Positions 60,601-64,000 of a stretch of DNA of 64,000 nt are shown in pieces; positions within the stretch are counted from its first letter, which is position 1; every line of letters begins with the position of its first letter. Source of the DNA: Phoronis australis (Eukaryota > Animalia > Phoronida); the NCBI GenBank assembly GCA_002633005.1, contig NMRA01000158.1, positions 308,229 to 372,228 of the forward strand, given 5' to 3'. Under the pieces are notes generated by a model that searched no databases, was not told where the DNA came from, and worked only from the letters and a program-made list of their open reading frames with translations. The position numbers and the translations under genes are program-made.

Positions 60601-63600
60601 TCAAAGTGATGTCTTGGGAAGGTTGCACACTTATCATGCGTGGAGTAACTGATACATTCTTTCAGTTTAGTGTACATAATTACTCCCACAATACCTTCTT
60701 GGGTAACAGCCGTTATCCATGTTATTACCCCGACAGTACCTTCTTGGGTAACAGCCGTTATCCATGTTATTACCCCCACAGTAAATTCTTAGGTAACAAC
60801 CGTTATCCGTGTTATTACCCCCACAGTACCTTCTTGGGTAACGGCCGTTATCCATGTTATCACACCATATGTTTTAGGTTTCCACATCATGATCTGTTCA
60901 CAGGTTTGGGTGTTCGACCACTTCCTGATGACAACAAGATAGTCCACTATTCATTTGAAGCTGGAAAACCGATCACATACAAGATGTATCAATCAAGCCT
61001 GGAGCTGTTTCTTCATAGTAGGTGGCAACAACAGTAACTCCAGCTACATCAAAACAATTATTTGGGTAAAATCAGCATCCCCTTGATCAAATTTAGCAAA
61101 TGAACTAGAATTATAGAATTACACGAAAATGTTAAAACTGGTTTGGCAGTGACTTTGGTCACAACAAGGATTTAGACCACTTATGCCTTTATAAAACTGG
61201 GAATGAAATTGTTCCTCAATCAATATAATTGTAAGTGTGGACTTAGAAACAGGTCTTCTTCTCTTTCAAGAGGATTTTTTCTTTTTTGGTTTCGATTTCG
61301 TCTCATTTGACTTTCTAGTATCCTTTTTTCGTCGCTTATTTTTATCATTATTTTTTACTTTATTCATGCAAAGACATTTATTTCAGTTAAATCTCATAAC
61401 ACAAAAAAATTCTGTCCCAAACTAAGCCTATTTGTGGAACGGTACTACACCTGGTCATTCCAAGCCCTGTAGAAAGCATAGAGAATAATGCTTGAGACCA
61501 GACTTTACGAGTGACTGTCATTTTATTCACCAAGATTACCTTCTAGAGGAGTCGGTAATCACCATTAGTTCCTTGCAAGATCAAAAATCACTTCTCATTT
61601 GAGTAATGAAAAATTTATTTGCCACCTCCTATTTTATAAGGGGACGGTGTTTTACAGCAATAAAATCAATCTTATCTCATTCCTTGCTCGGAATAGAAAC
61701 AAATTCTAAGCTAAGAAGTTTATCAGCAACACGCTTTGTCACTCATGCTGTAAACACGCCTTTAAATAAGGTTTGGAAAAATCTGTTGAATTTCATGTGG
61801 TCCGACCCAGTGGTCCTTCACCTTCTATCCACATTCCAGTTTCACTAGGGTTACGGCTAGTTGTTGATGAAGTGACTCTTCTCTAAGGGTCACATGGTGA
61901 GGGTGACTACTGTTTCTCATCAGATTTATATCTAAACAGAAGGCTATAAGCATCCAGATTGTATTTTTCCATTTCCGTTTTGGGACGTGAAAACCGATGG
62001 AATTCTTAAAATCGGAATAGAGGAGTAAAAATTATATAGACTTGGGTTCGTGAATTTTCAAAAGTGGTCAAGCAATAGGAATTTTGTCAAAAAATTCAAC
62101 CCTTGAACTATTCATAGGAAAGAGGAAGGTACATGGCTTGTCAGCTAATTTTACACATGACTAAATATCAATAGGAAGAATTCCAGGCGATTCAATCAAC
62201 CAATTTCAATTGAACAATTGAAGAACAAAATGTATCTTGGCTTTGCAAAGACAAATACATTTGTGAAGATTGAAGTCAGTGTTTTTAACACTAGGGGTTT
62301 TTAACGGCTTTAAGTTTTAGGAAGAATTTTTTAAAAAGGCACAANGAATTACACGAAACTTAAAACTGCCTTGGCAGTGACTTTGGTCACAACAAGGATT
62401 TAGACCACTTATGCCTTTATAAAACTGGGTCTGAAATTGTTCCTCAATCAATATAATTGTAAGTGTGGACTTACCGTAGAAACAGGTCTTCTTCTCTTTC
62501 AAGAGGATTTTTTCTTTTTTGGTTTCGATTTCGTCTTATTTGACTTTCTAGTATCCTTTTTTCGTCGCTCATTTTTATCATTATTTTTTACTTTATTCAT
62601 GCAAAGACATTTATTTCAGTTGAATCTCATAACACAAAAAAATTTTGTCCCAAACTAAACTTATTTGTGGAACGGTACTATACCTGGTCATTCCAAGCCC
62701 TGTAGAAAGCATAGAGAATAATGCTTGAGACCAGACTTTATGAGTGCCTGTCATTTTATTCACCAAGATTACCTTCTAGAGGAGTCGGTAACCACCATTA
62801 TTTCTTTACAAGATCAAAAATCACTTCTCATCTGAGTAATGAGAAATTTATTTGCCACCTCCTATTTTATAAGGGGAAGTTGTTTGACAGCAATAAAATC
62901 AATCTTATCTCATTCCTTGCTCGGAATAGAAACAATTTCTAGGCTAAGAAGTTTATCAGCAACACGCTTTGTCACTCATGCTGTAAACACGCCTTTAAAT
63001 AAGGTTTGGAAAAATCTGTTGAATTTCATGTGGTCCGACCCAGTGGTCCTTCACCTTCTATCCACATTCCAGTTCCACTAGGGTTACGGCTAGTTGTTGA
63101 TGAAGTGACTCTTCTCTAAGGGTCACATGGTGAGGGTGACTACTGTTTCTCATCAGATTTATATCTAAACAGAAGGCTATAAGCATCCAGATTGTATTTT
63201 TCCATTTCCGTTTTGGGACGTGAAAACCGATGGAATTCTTAAAATCGGAATAGAGGAGTAAAAATTATATAGACTTGGGTTCGTGAATTTTCAAAAGTGG
63301 TCAAGCAATAGGAATTTTGTCAAAAAATTCAACCCTTGAACTATTCATAGGAAAGAGGAAGGTACATGGCTTGTCAGCTAATTTTACACATGACTAAATA
63401 TCAATAGGAAGAATTCCAGGCGATTCAATCAACCAATTTCAATTGAACAATTGAAGAACAAAATGTATCTTGGCTTTGCAAAGACAAATACATTTGTGAA
63501 GATTGAAGTCAGTGTTTTTAACACTAGGGGTTTTTAACGGCTTTAAGTTTTAGGAAGAATTTTTTAAAAAGGCACAAGATGAGGCGAGACTATGTGACAT

Positions 63601-64000
63601 AAGTACTACACTTGGAAGTGGTTGTACTAGTTGCCATAGCGACATTCCCCCAGTCGCGCTTACCATTCATATTGACTGCAGAAAACAAAAATTGTTCTCT
63701 GTGAAACTCAGGAAAATTCATGTGGAAAACGAAAACACGATATCCCTCAGCGGGAACCGTGTGCTTGAATCCTTAAAAAGTTTAGGTCGTTTACCCTGCT
63801 CAAGAAATACCTTATGTTGGCCTTTTGTAAAGAGTATACATACAGCACTGTTACTTCAGGTTATGATGACGAGTATCAGAAGAACCACTTGCAGTGTGAT
63901 CACAACACTAAACTTCAACATGACCAAGTGTGTGCCTTTAATGTGTCCAGCCACTTCAACTTCGGTGCTACATCACCTGGTTGCACAGCTGATACAGAAT
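57496..64000 (+). CDS. ATP1B: Na+/K+-transporting ATPase beta subunit, 5' part (continues beyond the window)
   Basis: Exons 57496-57616, 59333-59473, 60904-61017, 63860->64000, all phase 1. FIWNRQEKTVLGRNAQSWGRIGIFY + TM helix, PKLQD...NPGLGVRP, then C..C-x-F..C ectodomain cysteines. Confidence 0.92.
57776..58339 (-). mobile_element. 5'-truncated non-LTR retrotransposon (3' end of ORF2, 3' UTR and poly(A))
   Basis: Minus-strand ORF SPLCSCGDTQTYPHVFLAC...FFLYG...LNSNENKVLFEIVSEFL (CCHC-type C-terminus); AATAAA plus an A tail near 57776-57794; 11 bp TSD CAAGCAAATAT at 57765-57775 and 58340-58350. Confidence 0.88.
59333..59473 (+). CDS. ATP1B: ATP1B coding exon 2 (TM helix)
   Basis: RIGIFYLLFFFCLGGVWFVMFSVFNLTIQEDNPKLQDKASSLRQNP. 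Confidence 0.92.
60679..60862. repeat. 45 bp minisatellite, 4 copies, just upstream of the ATP1B exon 3 acceptor
   Basis: cagtaccttcttgggtaacagccgttatccatgttattacccc units. Confidence 0.95.
60904..61017 (+). CDS. ATP1B: ATP1B coding exon 3
   Basis: LGVRPLPDDNKIVHYSFEAGKPITYKMYQSSLELFLH. Confidence 0.9.
61116..63577. repeat. Near-identical intronic tandem duplication (61116-62344 and 62346-63577); probable haplotype artefact
   Basis: Copies joined at the single N at 62345. Confidence 0.9.
63860..64000 (+). CDS. ATP1B: ATP1B coding exon 4 (truncated by the window end)
   Basis: YDDEYQKNHLQCDHNTKLQHDQVCAFNVSSHF...GCTADTE. Confidence 0.88.

Noticed and set aside
60297-60903. Long ORFs with 15 aa repeats
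   Set aside because: Produced by the 45 bp minisatellite; only 60904-61017 is a supported exon.

Overview
AT-rich, intron-containing animal genomic DNA. An invertebrate bilaterian is inferred from gene content and repeat style; the species cannot be identified from the sequence. All gene models were built by hand from splice signals, reading-frame phase and recalled similarity to human proteins, with no database searches. Left to right: (1) two candidate alternative last exons of a plasma-membrane Ca2+-ATPase (PMCA/ATP2B, +); (2) complete 9-exon CENP-P gene (-, 323 aa), head-to-head with (3) NOL8 (+, 15 coding exons, 928 aa), which contains an AT-AC U12-type minor intron at 26346-26579; (4) complete 4-exon TEX264 (+, 286 aa, LIR motif FEKI); (5) the first four coding exons of a Na+/K+-ATPase beta subunit (+), running off the window end. 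Four near-identical duplications sit at or near single-N junctions and are probably two haplotypes assembled in tandem; they expose polymorphic insertions. Repeats include a Harbinger-like MITE, hAT-like MITEs with 5-6 bp TSDs, a foldback family clustered at the CENPP/NOL8 promoter, a Helentron-like HINE, a tRNA-derived SINE, a 5'-truncated LINE with TSD, and minisatellites at exon boundaries. I found no convincing wholly new biological system; the best leads are in splicing, synteny and transposon biology.
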